Positions 26,482 through 35,578 of a stretch of 64,000 bases of DNA are shown here, one piece after another. The position numbers and the translations under genes are program-made. Numbering within the stretch: position 1 is the stretch's first letter; each line of letters opens with the position of its first letter. A model generated the notes under the pieces. It was not told the DNA's origin and made no database searches. It saw only the letters and a program-made list of their open reading frames with translations. The DNA comes from Vicinamibacterales bacterium (GTDB taxonomy: Bacteria; Acidobacteriota; Vicinamibacteria; Vicinamibacterales; UBA8438): positions 6,463,972-6,527,971 of the forward strand of contig CBDBMZ010000003.1 of assembly GCA_965207615.1 (NCBI GenBank), given 5' to 3'.

Positions 26482-29235
26482 ATGCACAGCGAGAACCGTC
26501 GCACCGGCAACGTCTTCCACGCCGCCCATCCCGAGTCCATCGTCCGGGACCCGGGCAGCGAACTCTCTGCCGACGGGCGACCGCGAGACACTCCCGAAGC
26601 ACATTCGCAAGAGCACGTGCTCACCTGGGACCAGGCGTTCGCGGCCGGCCCCGCGGCGGCCGGGGGCAAGGGCTGGAACCTCGCCCGGCTCGCGCGATAC
26701 GGCTTCGCGGTGCCGCGCGGCGGCGTCGTGGCCGCGTCCGTCTACGCCGAGCTGTTCCGCACGCCGGACGTCGCCGCCCTAGCCGCGCCGCTCGCGACGG
26801 TGACCCCGGACGAGGTCGGCAACGACGACGTGCAGGCACGTCTCGCCGCGCTTCGCGACCTCGTCGTTCGGACGGGCCCGCCTCCGGCCGCCCGCGAGGC
26901 GGTGGGCCGCTTCCTGAGCGAGGCGGGGCTGGAAGGCCGGTCTTTCGCGGTCCGCTCCTCCGCCGCGGCCGAGGACGGGGCCGGCGCCGCGTTCGCCGGC
27001 GTTCACGAGAGCTATCTGGGCGTGACCGGGCTCGACGCGGTGTGCGAGGCCGTGTCGCGCTGCTTCGCGTCGCTGTGGACGCCGCGCGCCGTCGCCTATC
27101 GGCGGCGGCTGGGAGTCGCCGACGACGCCACGCCGTGCGCGGTGGCGCTCTGCGAGATGGTCGGCGACCCGCGGGACGGCCCCGAGGCGGCCGGCGTCGC
27201 CTTTTCGTGCGACCCGGTGACGGGAGAGCGGCAGGTCGTGGCGATCGAGCTGGCGGCGGGGCTGGGCGACGCCGTCGTCCGGGGGACGGTCGCGCCGCAG
27301 CGGTACGCGGTTCGCCGGTCCGGCCCCGACGCCGAGGTCAACCGGGTGGATGCCGCGGGCGGCGCCCCCGTCCTCGACGACCGCGAGATCGAGGCGCTGG
27401 CCGCCGTCATCGTTCGCGTTCATTGGGCGCTCGGCGACGGCGACACGCCGCAGGACGTGGAGTGGGCCTGGGACGGTCGGACGTTCTGGATGCTCCAGTC
27501 CCGCCCCGTCACCCGGCTGCCGCGCTGGACCTTCCCCGGCGTTCCCACCGCGACCCCGACGTGGTCTGACGCCAACATCCGGGACTCGCTTCCCCGGCCG
27601 CTGACCGTGGCGACCTGGTCGATGCTCGACGGGAGCGCGCAAGCCGTCGTCTACGCCTCGGCGCGGGTGGTGGGCTATCCGCTGCCGCCGGGCATGCGGG
27701 TGTTTCGTCGGTTCGGCGGGCGCCCCTACTTCGACCTCGACAGCCTGCAGTGGAGCCTCTACGACTCGATCGGGATTCTGCCGGCCGAGACGAACTTCAC
27801 CCTGGGCGGATTCCAGCCCGAGATCCCGGTGCCGGACGGGCACCCGCTCCTCGGGCGCGCCGGCCTTGCGCGCCTGCGACGGTCCCTGCGGCTGCTGCGC
27901 CGCCTCTGGCGCTTCCACCGGGAAGCCCCGCCCCGGATCGACGCGCTGATCCGGCGGTGCCGGGAGGGGCGCGCGACCGATTTCTCGACCCTGGACGACG
28001 ACGTTCTGCTGGCGCGGTTCCGGGACCTGCTGCGGCTGGGGGTCGACTATCAGCCGGTCCTGCAGCTCGCGGCCACCTACTACGGCGCCTGGGTGAAGCT
28101 GTTGACCGACGCTCTCGACCGGGTCACCGATGACGCACGGTCGCTGGTCACACGTCTCCTGGCCGCGTCGGGAGAGGTCTCCAGCGCCGAGCACGGGTAT
28201 CGCGTCCGCGAGCTCGCCGACGGCGCCGCGGGCGACCCCGCCGCGGCGGCCTCGCTGCGCGACCCCGACCCGTTCGCCTGGCGCAGGCTGCCGGCGGACG
28301 CCCCGTTCCGCATCGCGATGGAGGACTACCTGGACCGGTTTGGTCACCGGGCGGTCTTCGAGATGGAGATCGCCGGCCCCCGCTGGGCCGACGATCCGGG
28401 CTACGTGCTCGAGCAGGTGCGCTTCCACCTCGACCACCCGCCGGCGCGCGACCCCCGGTCGCGAGCGGCCGAGGTGCGGCGGCGGGCGGAAACGGACCTG
28501 GCCGCGGTTCCCGCCTGGCTCCGGCCGGTCGCGCGGCGGATGCTGGCTCGCGCCCGGCGCGGCGCCGCGCTACGGGAGAACGCCAAGTCGGGGTCGGCGG
28601 CGGCCTTTGCCCTCGTCCGGCAGATCTGGATCGAGGTGGGGCGGCGAATGCAGGCGGCGGGCCGCATCGACGCCGCGCGCGAGGCCTTCCACCTGAGCCT
28701 CTTCGACATCGAGGCGTGGCTGACGGGGGCCTGGGACGGAACCGGCGCGCGCGCGCTGGTCGGCGACCGCGAAGCGACCCTGGCGGCCCAGCAGGAGATG
28801 GAGCTTCCCGGCGTGATCGAGGAATCGCCGTCGGCGGCGCCGGGCGCGCACCCCGGGGGCGCCGCGGCGCCGGCGCCCGCGCCGGACGGCGACGCGTGGG
28901 ACGGCGTGGCGGCGGCGCCTGGCGCAGCCGAGGGCGTCGCCTGCGTGCTGCGCACGCCCCACGACGGCGGCCGCATGCGCCGGCATGACGTGCTCGTGGC
29001 GCCCTCCACCGACCCCGGCTGGACCCCGCTGTTCCTGCGCGCCTCGGCGGTGGTGACGGAGACCGGCGGCTACCTGTCCCACGGCGCCGTGGTCGCCCGC
29101 GAGTTCGGGCTGCCGGCGGTGGTCAACGTGCGCGACGCCATGCGCCTGATCGCCGACGGCGACCGGCTCCGCGTCGACGGCGACGCGGGCCGGGTCACCC
29201 GCGCCGATCGAAGCTCGCCTCGAGGCAGCCCTTGA
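26482..29235 (+). CDS. PEP/pyruvate-binding plus PEP-utilising mobile-domain enzyme (rifampicin phosphotransferase / PEP synthase-like)
   Basis: N-terminal ATP-grasp region: GGKGWNLARLARYGFAVPRGGVV, FAVRSSAAAEDGAGAAFAG, DVEWAWDG. C-terminal swivel domain: VLVAPSTDPGWTPLFLRASAVVTETGGYLSHGAVVAREFGLPAVV. The start may be later (GTG ~26,617). Confidence 0.8.
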   Translation: MHSENRRTGNVFHAAHPESIVRDPGSELSADGRPRDTPEAHSQEHVLTWDQAFAAGPAAAGGKGWNLARLARYGFAVPRGGVVAASVYAELFRTPDVAALAAPLATVTPDEVGNDDVQARLAALRDLVVRTGPPPAAREAVGRFLSEAGLEGRSFAVRSSAAAEDGAGAAFAGVHESYLGVTGLDAVCEAVSRCFASLWTPRAVAYRRRLGVADDATPCAVALCEMVGDPRDGPEAAGVAFSCDPVTGERQVVAIELAAGLGDAVVRGTVAPQRYAVRRSGPDAEVNRVDAAGGAPVLDDREIEALAAVIVRVHWALGDGDTPQDVEWAWDGRTFWMLQSRPVTRLPRWTFPGVPTATPTWSDANIRDSLPRPLTVATWSMLDGSAQAVVYASARVVGYPLPPGMRVFRRFGGRPYFDLDSLQWSLYDSIGILPAETNFTLGGFQPEIPVPDGHPLLGRAGLARLRRSLRLLRRLWRFHREAPPRIDALIRRCREGRATDFSTLDDDVLLARFRDLLRLGVDYQPVLQLAATYYGAWVKLLTDALDRVTDDARSLVTRLLAASGEVSSAEHGYRVRELADGAAGDPAAAASLRDPDPFAWRRLPADAPFRIAMEDYLDRFGHRAVFEMEIAGPRWADDPGYVLEQVRFHLDHPPARDPRSRAAEVRRRAETDLAAVPAWLRPVARRMLARARRGAALRENAKSGSAAAFALVRQIWIEVGRRMQAAGRIDAAREAFHLSLFDIEAWLTGAWDGTGARALVGDREATLAAQQEMELPGVIEESPSAAPGAHPGGAAAPAPAPDGDAWDGVAAAPGAAEGVACVLRTPHDGGRMRRHDVLVAPSTDPGWTPLFLRASAVVTETGGYLSHGAVVAREFGLPAVVNVRDAMRLIADGDRLRVDGDAGRVTRADRSSPRGSP

Positions 29236-29516
29236 GGGCTCGGCCTGCCGTCGGGGGAGGGTGCGTCTCCGCCGCGCGCGACCGTCGTCCCGCGGGAATG
29301 CGCGTCGGTCCCATGCAGCGGTGCTCTTGCCGGTCTCTCGGCGGACTGTCGCAGCCGGCGCGGAGAAGCCAGGGTGCCCGCCGCGGGGATGGCGGGTCCG
29401 CGAGACGCCTCGTGACCTGAGAAGTGGACAGTGCCGACCCGTCGTGCCTCACGGTTCCTCGCAGCTCGGCCGTTCGCGCGTTTCCCCGCCGGGCGGTTCG
29501 GCCCCAGGCGGACGTC

Positions 29517-29545
29517 TTGACATCAATAGTGGTGGCCATCATGAT
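29517..29545 (+). promoter_or_regulatory. Putative promoter giving a leaderless vapB transcript
   Basis: TTGACA (29517-29522), a 17-nt spacer, then CATGAT (29540-29545). The vapB ATG is at 29552. Confidence 0.4.
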
Positions 29546-29551
29546 GCGTGC

Positions 29552-29812
29552 ATGAGAACGACGTTGACCCTGGACGATGACGTGGCCGATTTCCTCAAGG
29601 CACAGAGCCGGCTGCACGACAAGCCGTTCAAGCAGGTCGTGAACGAGGTGCTGCGCCGTGGCATGGCGCCTGCGTCGGCCAGGTCGCGACCGCCGCGATT
29701 CCGGGTGGTTCCCAACCGTAGCGGACTGGCGCCGGGTGTGGACCCGTTGAGGCTCAACCAGCTCAACGATCAACTCGAAGTCGAGGACTTCGTCGCCGAG
29801 AGCAAGCGATGA
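29552..29812 (+). CDS. vapB: VapB-type antitoxin
   Basis: MRTTLTLDDDVADFLKAQSRLHDKPFKQVVNEVLRRG. ATGA overlap with the PIN gene. Confidence 0.8.
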   Translation: MRTTLTLDDDVADFLKAQSRLHDKPFKQVVNEVLRRGMAPASARSRPPRFRVVPNRSGLAPGVDPLRLNQLNDQLEVEDFVAESKR

Positions 29813-30234
29813 TCGTGCCGGACACCAATCTGATCGTCTACGCCTACAACGACGCGGCACCGTGGCACGAGGCGGCCAGACGCTGGTGGGAGGGGCTGGT
29901 CAACGGCTCGGAGAGAGTCGGCGTGCCCTGGGTGGTTTCGACCGGCTTCGTACGGCTGATGACGCATTCGCGCGTGCTGGCGTCGCCCATCACCGTCGCC
30001 GACGCCGTCGGCCACGTCAGGGACTGGTTCCGGTACACCCACGTCACTCCGATCAACCCCGGCGCCGAACACCTGACGCATGTGCGGCGGAGTCTCGACG
30101 CCTGCGGGGTCGGAGGCGATCTGGTGACCGACGCCCATGTCGCGGCGCTGGCCATCGAGTATCAGGCGGAAGTGCATTCCAACGACTCGGACTTCGCGCG
30201 GTTCCCGGGCCTCAGATGGCGCAACCCCCTCTGA
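29809..30234 (+). CDS. vapC: PIN-domain toxin VapC
   Basis: MIVPDTNLIVYA (first acidic residue), DAHVAALAIEYQAEVHSNDSDFARF (C-terminal acidic residues). Confidence 0.9.
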   Translation: MIVPDTNLIVYAYNDAAPWHEAARRWWEGLVNGSERVGVPWVVSTGFVRLMTHSRVLASPITVADAVGHVRDWFRYTHVTPINPGAEHLTHVRRSLDACGVGGDLVTDAHVAALAIEYQAEVHSNDSDFARFPGLRWRNPL

Positions 30235-30581
30235 GCGGCAGTGCGAAGGCCATGCCCACCGACAGGCCGACCAGGGAGGCGGGCCGCGCGGTTCCTCGCC
30301 ATGGAAGGGGATTCCAGGGTTATCCGGGAATCGCCGTCGCCGGGCGGTCCCGGGGCCGGGAGAAGGGCTCCGTGGAGGGCGGTGTCACCTGCCCGACACG
30401 TGTTGCGTAACGCCGGTCGTCGACAAGCTCGGGCGGGCCCGCGCGGAGCGGGTGACCTGCTCGATGCCGATCCGGCCGGCGCGGCACCGTACACGGCGCC
30501 CCGGCGGGCACGATGTTGCCGAGGCGGCCGACCAGGCCCGGTGACGCGCGAGTGGTTTCGGCCAGAGTCGCGGGTGGTCTC

Positions 30582-31202
30582 CTACGGCCACAGCATCAGC
30601 CACTCGGCGATGTACTCGGCCCGTCCCCAGGCGACACGGAGCGTCCCGGAGGGGACGGCTCCCTCTTCCGCCGGCAGGTCGGGTTCGAGCGTGACCGCCA
30701 GGCTCCGGACCGGCTCCGCCAGCTCCCGCCGATGGATCGGCGTCCGGCCGTAGTCGAACGACGGGTCGTAGTCGGTGCCCCACTGCCGGGTCTGGCGGCT
30801 GACGATCAGCTCGCCGCCGTCCTCGCGCGGGAGTATGAACAGCGTGTACTCCCCCCGCGGCACGTCGAGCTCGCCGAAGCGGACGTCGAAGTCGAGGGTC
30901 AGCCGGGTGGCCCAGTTCGCCCCCAGGCGCCAGACCTCGCCGTACGGCACCAGCCCCCCGAAGATCGCGCGGTCCCGCGCGTGCGGCTGGCCGTAGTCGA
31001 TGGTGATGCGCGACGGGCCCGAGTGGGACGGCGTGTAGGTGAACCACGCGCCGTCGCGCAGGACGCGCCCGTCGAAGGTCACGCTCGTCGTGACCCGTCC
31101 GCTCGGCGCGACCTTGGGGACGGGGCCAGCCCCGTCCTGGGCGGCGAGCGGGGTCGCGATCAGGAGGACGGTCAGCGCGGCGCGACGGCGCAAGGTGCAC
31201 AT
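30582..31202 (-). CDS. Secreted DUF2911-family protein
   Basis: Signal peptide. ITIDYGQPHARDRAIFGGLVPYGEVWRLGANWATRL and VPRGEYTLFILP match my recollection of DUF2911. Confidence 0.7.
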   Translation of the reverse strand: MCTLRRRAALTVLLIATPLAAQDGAGPVPKVAPSGRVTTSVTFDGRVLRDGAWFTYTPSHSGPSRITIDYGQPHARDRAIFGGLVPYGEVWRLGANWATRLTLDFDVRFGELDVPRGEYTLFILPREDGGELIVSRQTRQWGTDYDPSFDYGRTPIHRRELAEPVRSLAVTLEPDLPAEEGAVPSGTLRVAWGRAEYIAEWLMLWP

Positions 31203-31594
31203 GGCGTCATTCTACGGCCAGTCGCCTGCATCGGTGCGCGGGCGTAGGGATGGGGACCGCGTTTCGGCGGGCTCCCGGCGGCGACTGGCCCGCACCTCGG
31301 CCGGACCAACCGGCGCTGGCCACCGCTTCGTGCGCCGTGCCGCAAGCAGCGGGGCGGGCAGCACTCGGTGCCGGGGCGGCGCTGGCCGCGGCCGGCCGCG
31401 CCGTCGAGGTGGTCGTCGTGGGACGCGACCCGGCGCGAGCATGCTCGCCGCGGCTTGCGGCGGAAGCCGCAGTCACGGGCGGCGATCGCGAGCGGACGGA
31501 CGTGGCGCTCGAAGCGGGTGCCGGAGTGGATCGAATCGGCCGGATCTGACACAGTACGCGCAGTCTTGGCCTCACATCAGAGCGCGAGGCGCCC

Positions 31595-32824
31595 ATGCGA
31601 TTCCTGCTGCGATTCTTGATCTGTGTAGCGTTCTGCCAAACCGCCGCGGCCCAGGATGGTCCAAGCCGGGGAATTCACGAGACTGTCGCCGCCTACTTGG
31701 AACAGAGCGCCCTCGAGGTCGCCCTGAGTGCCGAGGGAGGGCTCGAAGGGCCTGCGGCGGAGTGGTTTCGCGCCGAGGCGGCCGAGGCCCAGTTCGTATT
31801 CATCGGCGAGGAGCATGATGTCCGGGAGGTCCCGATTCTGGTGGGCGCTCTCTGGCGGGAGCTCGTCTCTCTGGGTTACAAGCACGTAGCCATCGAAGCT
31901 GGCCCCTGGCTCGGCGACAGGCTCGACAAGTTCGCAAGATTCGGCGATCGACAGGCCCTTGCTCATTTCCGGGGGGCAACGTTGCCTCGTCTGCCGAACA
32001 ATAGCGTGCCGCCGATCTCGGAGGAGGACGTTGCCTTCTACGAGATACTCGGCAGCGTCAGCGGCCCACACCGCAAGTCGGCAGCGCCCTTGATCTGGGG
32101 AGTGGATGCCGAGTATCGAGCTGCTCCATTGCTGAAGAGGCTGGCGGAGCTGTCGCCGCGGCCCGCGAAGCGACAGGCGGCACAGTCCTTGTTGGAGCGA
32201 GTCGCGGCGGCGGAGGGAAGCGGCGATTACGACACTCGTGCCTTCCGAGATGCCATCGAGCAAGTCATTCAACCGGTGCAAGCCGGGCCGGAGACCGAGC
32301 AGGGCTACATACTCGACGCGTTGCGTTGGCGAATTGCCGCCCCCCGGGAACACGCGAGCCGGAGCCTCAAGAAGGAGCTCTTCTTGCGCCAATACCAGGC
32401 TGCGAAGGAAGAAGACGAACCGAAGCCGCGCGTGATGCTCCGGCTCGGCGCCTACCATGCCGCCCGCGGATTGATGCACGATTTCGGCTCCTCCACCCTC
32501 GCGAATTTTGTCGCGGAATTGGCGATCGTTGAGCGAACAGGGATGCTGAACCTCGCGATTATCAACTGCCAGGATACTTCTCCCGGGGACTTTCCCAGAC
32601 CTTGCACCTGGGAGCAGCAGAGAGCGCTACGGCCATTTCGCTCCGCCGCCGTAGCGGACTGGACATTGTTCGACCTTCGAGGGCTGCGGGCCCCGCTGAG
32701 GCAAGCGCGACTGAACGCATTGCAGTCCTATCCGGCCGGGTGGGAGTATTGGAATCTCGTGATGTCGTTTGACGCCGTGGTGCTCTTGGGCCGTTCGGAG
32801 CCAAGCCGGCTTCCAGGCGAATAG
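31595..32824 (+). CDS. Secreted hypothetical protein; possibly of the erythromycin-esterase/ChaN/Tiki superfamily (tentative)
   Basis: Signal MRFLLRFLICVAFCQTAAAQ. FIGEEHD and a later LGAYHAARG resemble the GE-x-H / G-x-x-H motifs of that superfamily. G+C lower than neighbours by eye. Confidence 0.6.
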   Translation: MRFLLRFLICVAFCQTAAAQDGPSRGIHETVAAYLEQSALEVALSAEGGLEGPAAEWFRAEAAEAQFVFIGEEHDVREVPILVGALWRELVSLGYKHVAIEAGPWLGDRLDKFARFGDRQALAHFRGATLPRLPNNSVPPISEEDVAFYEILGSVSGPHRKSAAPLIWGVDAEYRAAPLLKRLAELSPRPAKRQAAQSLLERVAAAEGSGDYDTRAFRDAIEQVIQPVQAGPETEQGYILDALRWRIAAPREHASRSLKKELFLRQYQAAKEEDEPKPRVMLRLGAYHAARGLMHDFGSSTLANFVAELAIVERTGMLNLAIINCQDTSPGDFPRPCTWEQQRALRPFRSAAVADWTLFDLRGLRAPLRQARLNALQSYPAGWEYWNLVMSFDAVVLLGRSEPSRLPGE

Positions 32825-32904
32825 GGAGTCGAGGCGAGGGTCCTCGGTCGCGCCCTCCGCGATCTGCGGTCCCGCCGTCTCGCGCACGTCCGCCCCGAGG
32901 CCGC

Positions 32905-34419
32905 CTACGGGAGAAGCCGCAGGAAATCGGCGGCGACCTCCGCGGGGTCGGCGCCCCGCTCGTCGACGGCCAGGTTCATCTGCCGCATGGCGGGGGCGTC
33001 GATGGCGCCGTCGAGCCGGCCGAGGGCGGCCAGCACGTCCGGCGCCCCGCGGGCGAGGCGGGCGCTGACCAGGACCATGGCGTCGTAGGGCGGAATCGCC
33101 CCGCGGTCGTCGTCGAGCAGGGTCAGATCGTACGCGGTGATGCGCCCGTCGGTGGTGAAGGCGCTGATCAGGTCGACCGCGCCCTCGGCCGCCGCCTGGT
33201 ACATCAGGGCCGGGTCCATCGGGCGCCGCTCGCGAAGCTGCAGCCCGTAGGCGTCGCGGATCGCGGTCCACTCCGGCCGCGAGAAGAACTCGTAGTCGCC
33301 GCCCATCGCCAGTTGCGGCGCGACGGGGGTCAGCTCGCTCAGGCGGGTCAGGCCGCGCGCCGCCGCGTCGTCGGCGCGCATGGCCACCGCGTAGGCGTTC
33401 TCGAACCCTAGGGTCGCCGCCACCACGATGCCGTAGGCGTCGCGCAGATGGTCGGCGACCCCCGCGAGCACCGCGGCCCGGTCGGCGCCCGCGGTGTCGC
33501 GGCCCAGCTCGTTGGCCCAGAGGGTGCCGGAGTAGTCGACGTACACGTCGACGTCCCCCGCCGCGAGGGCGTCGAACACCACCATCGACCCGAGCGACTG
33601 CAGCTGGGTCGTCTCGCGCCCGGTCTCCTCCTCGATCAGCCCGCCGATGAGGTTGGCCAGGATGTACTGCTCGGTGAAGGTCTTGGCGCCGATGGCCACC
33701 GGGCGCTCGCCGCGGGGCGCGAGGGCCGCGGCGAGGGTGATGCCGGCGTAGAGATACAGCGCGGCGACGGCCGCCGCGGCCGCCGCCTGGCGCGTCCGGC
33801 CCCCACGGCCCTCCGCCGCGAGGCCCCGCACGAGCCCGTCGAGGACGAGGGCGAGCACCGCGGCGGCGACGCATCCCACCAGCACCGCCGTGTAGTTTCG
33901 GGTCTGCAGGCCGCTGAAGATGTAGTTGCCGAGGCTCGTCGCCCCCACCGGGGTGGAGAGGGTCGCCACCCCCACCGTCCACACCGTGGCGGTGCGCAGC
34001 CCGGCCACGATGACGGGCATGGCGAGGGGCAGCTCGACGCGGCGCAACTGCTGCCACGGGGTCATGCCGACGGCCCGCGCCGCCTCGGTCAGGGCGGGGT
34101 CGACGCCGGCGATGCCGGTGACGGTGTTGCGCAGGATGGGCAGCACGCCGTAGAGCGTGAGGCCGATGAACGCCGGGAGAAAGCCGATGCTCTGCACGCC
34201 CAGTCCCGCCAGAAGCGGCACCATGACCGCGAGCAGCGCGAGGCTCGGCACGGTCTGGATGACCGCGGCCGCCCCCAGTACCGGCCGTTCCAGCCACGCC
34301 ACGCGGGTCACCGCCACCCCCGCCGGCAGGCTCACCGCGGTGCTGCAGAGCAGCGCGAGCAGCGTCAACTGCAGATGTGCGGTCAGGTAGCCGGGCAGCA
34401 GTGCGAGCTGTTCGCTCAT
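32905..34419 (-). CDS. Glycine betaine/choline-type ABC transporter, fused permease plus substrate-binding protein
   Basis: Permease part: IQTVPSLALLAVMVPL, EAARAVGMTPWQQLRRVELPLAMPVIVAGLR. Substrate-binding part: VAIGAKTFTEQYILANL, DVYVDYSGT. ATG at 34419 (MSEQLALLPGYL). Confidence 0.85.
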   Translation of the reverse strand: MSEQLALLPGYLTAHLQLTLLALLCSTAVSLPAGVAVTRVAWLERPVLGAAAVIQTVPSLALLAVMVPLLAGLGVQSIGFLPAFIGLTLYGVLPILRNTVTGIAGVDPALTEAARAVGMTPWQQLRRVELPLAMPVIVAGLRTATVWTVGVATLSTPVGATSLGNYIFSGLQTRNYTAVLVGCVAAAVLALVLDGLVRGLAAEGRGGRTRQAAAAAAVAALYLYAGITLAAALAPRGERPVAIGAKTFTEQYILANLIGGLIEEETGRETTQLQSLGSMVVFDALAAGDVDVYVDYSGTLWANELGRDTAGADRAAVLAGVADHLRDAYGIVVAATLGFENAYAVAMRADDAAARGLTRLSELTPVAPQLAMGGDYEFFSRPEWTAIRDAYGLQLRERRPMDPALMYQAAAEGAVDLISAFTTDGRITAYDLTLLDDDRGAIPPYDAMVLVSARLARGAPDVLAALGRLDGAIDAPAMRQMNLAVDERGADPAEVAADFLRLLP

Positions 34420-34448
34420 GAGTCCGCGTCTCCCGAGCCCGACGCTGG

Positions 34449-34533
34449 GTGTCGGCGCCGTGGAACGGCGCGGACCCCTGGAGGGTTGCTTGGGGCGCCA
34501 AGCGGAGCCGAACGCGACGATTGGCGGGCCAGG
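34449..34533 (+). repeat. Hairpin-containing intergenic repeat, copy B (left arm degenerate)
   Basis: GTGTCGGCGCCGTGGAACGGCGCGGACCCCTGGAGGGTTGCTTGGGGCGCCAAGCGGAGCCGAACGCGACGATTGGCGGGCCAGG, between the ABC ATPase and permease genes. Confidence 0.75.
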
Positions 34534-34594
34534 ACGGCGTCGACGAGCCGGACGTCTCCGCACGGCGTGTCGACCAGCGTCGTGAGCCGTTCCG

Positions 34595-35368
34595 TCACGA
34601 GCCGTCCCCTCCCGAGGCGAGGAGCGAATCGACGAGCCGGGCGTCGCGGCACGGCGTCTCGACGAGCTGGCGCACGTAGTCGTCGGCCGGCGTCCGCATC
34701 AGCGCCGCCGGCGTCGCGACCTGCACGAGCCGGCCGTCCCGCATGACCGCGACGCGGTCGCCCAGCATCAGCGCTTCGACCATGTCGTGGGTGACGAAGA
34801 CCACGGTCACCGAGAGCCGGCGGCGGATGCGCACGAACGACTCCTGCAGCCGCTGCCGGGTCAGCGGGTCGAGGGCCCCGAACGGCTCGTCGAGCAGCAT
34901 CACGCGGGGCCGGGCGGCGAGGGCGCGGGCCACCCCCACGCGTTGCTGCTGGCCGCCCGAGAGCTGGTCCGGCCGCCGGTCGCGGACCGCCGCCGGATCG
35001 AGCTCGACCAGCTCGAGCAGATCGTCGACCCGGCGCCGTACGTCCGCCTCGCTCCAGCCGAGCAGGGTCGGGGTGACGGCCACGTTCCCGGCGACGCTCA
35101 TGTGGGGGAACAGGCCCACCTGCTGGAACGCGTAGCCGATCCGACGGCGCAGCTCGTGGGGCGGCAGCGCGCTCACGTCCGCGCCGTTCACGCGCACGCG
35201 GCCGCCCGACGGCTCGATCAGCCGGTTGATCATCTTGAGGGTCGTCGTCTTGCCGCTCCCCGACCCGCCGAGCACCGCCAGCAGCTCGCCCTCGGCCACC
35301 GACAGCGACACGTCGTCGACGACGGTCTGGTCGCCGTAGCGCTTGGTCAGGTGCTGAAGCTCGATCAT
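34595..35368 (-). CDS. ABC transporter ATP-binding protein (osmoprotectant-type)
   Basis: Walker A GGSGSGKTT, signature LSGGQQQRV, Walker B MLLDEPF. ATG at 35368 (MIELQHLTKRYG). Confidence 0.9.
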   Translation of the reverse strand: MIELQHLTKRYGDQTVVDDVSLSVAEGELLAVLGGSGSGKTTTLKMINRLIEPSGGRVRVNGADVSALPPHELRRRIGYAFQQVGLFPHMSVAGNVAVTPTLLGWSEADVRRRVDDLLELVELDPAAVRDRRPDQLSGGQQQRVGVARALAARPRVMLLDEPFGALDPLTRQRLQESFVRIRRRLSVTVVFVTHDMVEALMLGDRVAVMRDGRLVQVATPAALMRTPADDYVRQLVETPCRDARLVDSLLASGGDGS

Positions 35369-35578
35369 GTTCGCCCGGCGATCAGCGCCGATTCGCCGCC
35401 CTGCCGACCCCGCTACCGTCCGTTCCCTTCGCGACAGCGATGATTGCCCGCCGCCGCCGCCGCGGTTCCGGTTGCCAGCCAAGCAGCCGATCCCGTTCCA
35501 CGACCTCTGTGCCGGTCCTCGGTATCGGCGCCCCCGCTCGATGGCTCCGTGGAGCAACATCCGGGGAGTCTGACCGTA

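Noticed and set aside
31203-31594. ~390-bp GC-rich gap with several 80-130-aa ORFs (e.g. 31250..31549 with ...VEVVVVGRDP...)
   Set aside because: There are no convincing motifs, and overlapping ORFs occur in all frames, as expected by chance at this G+C content.
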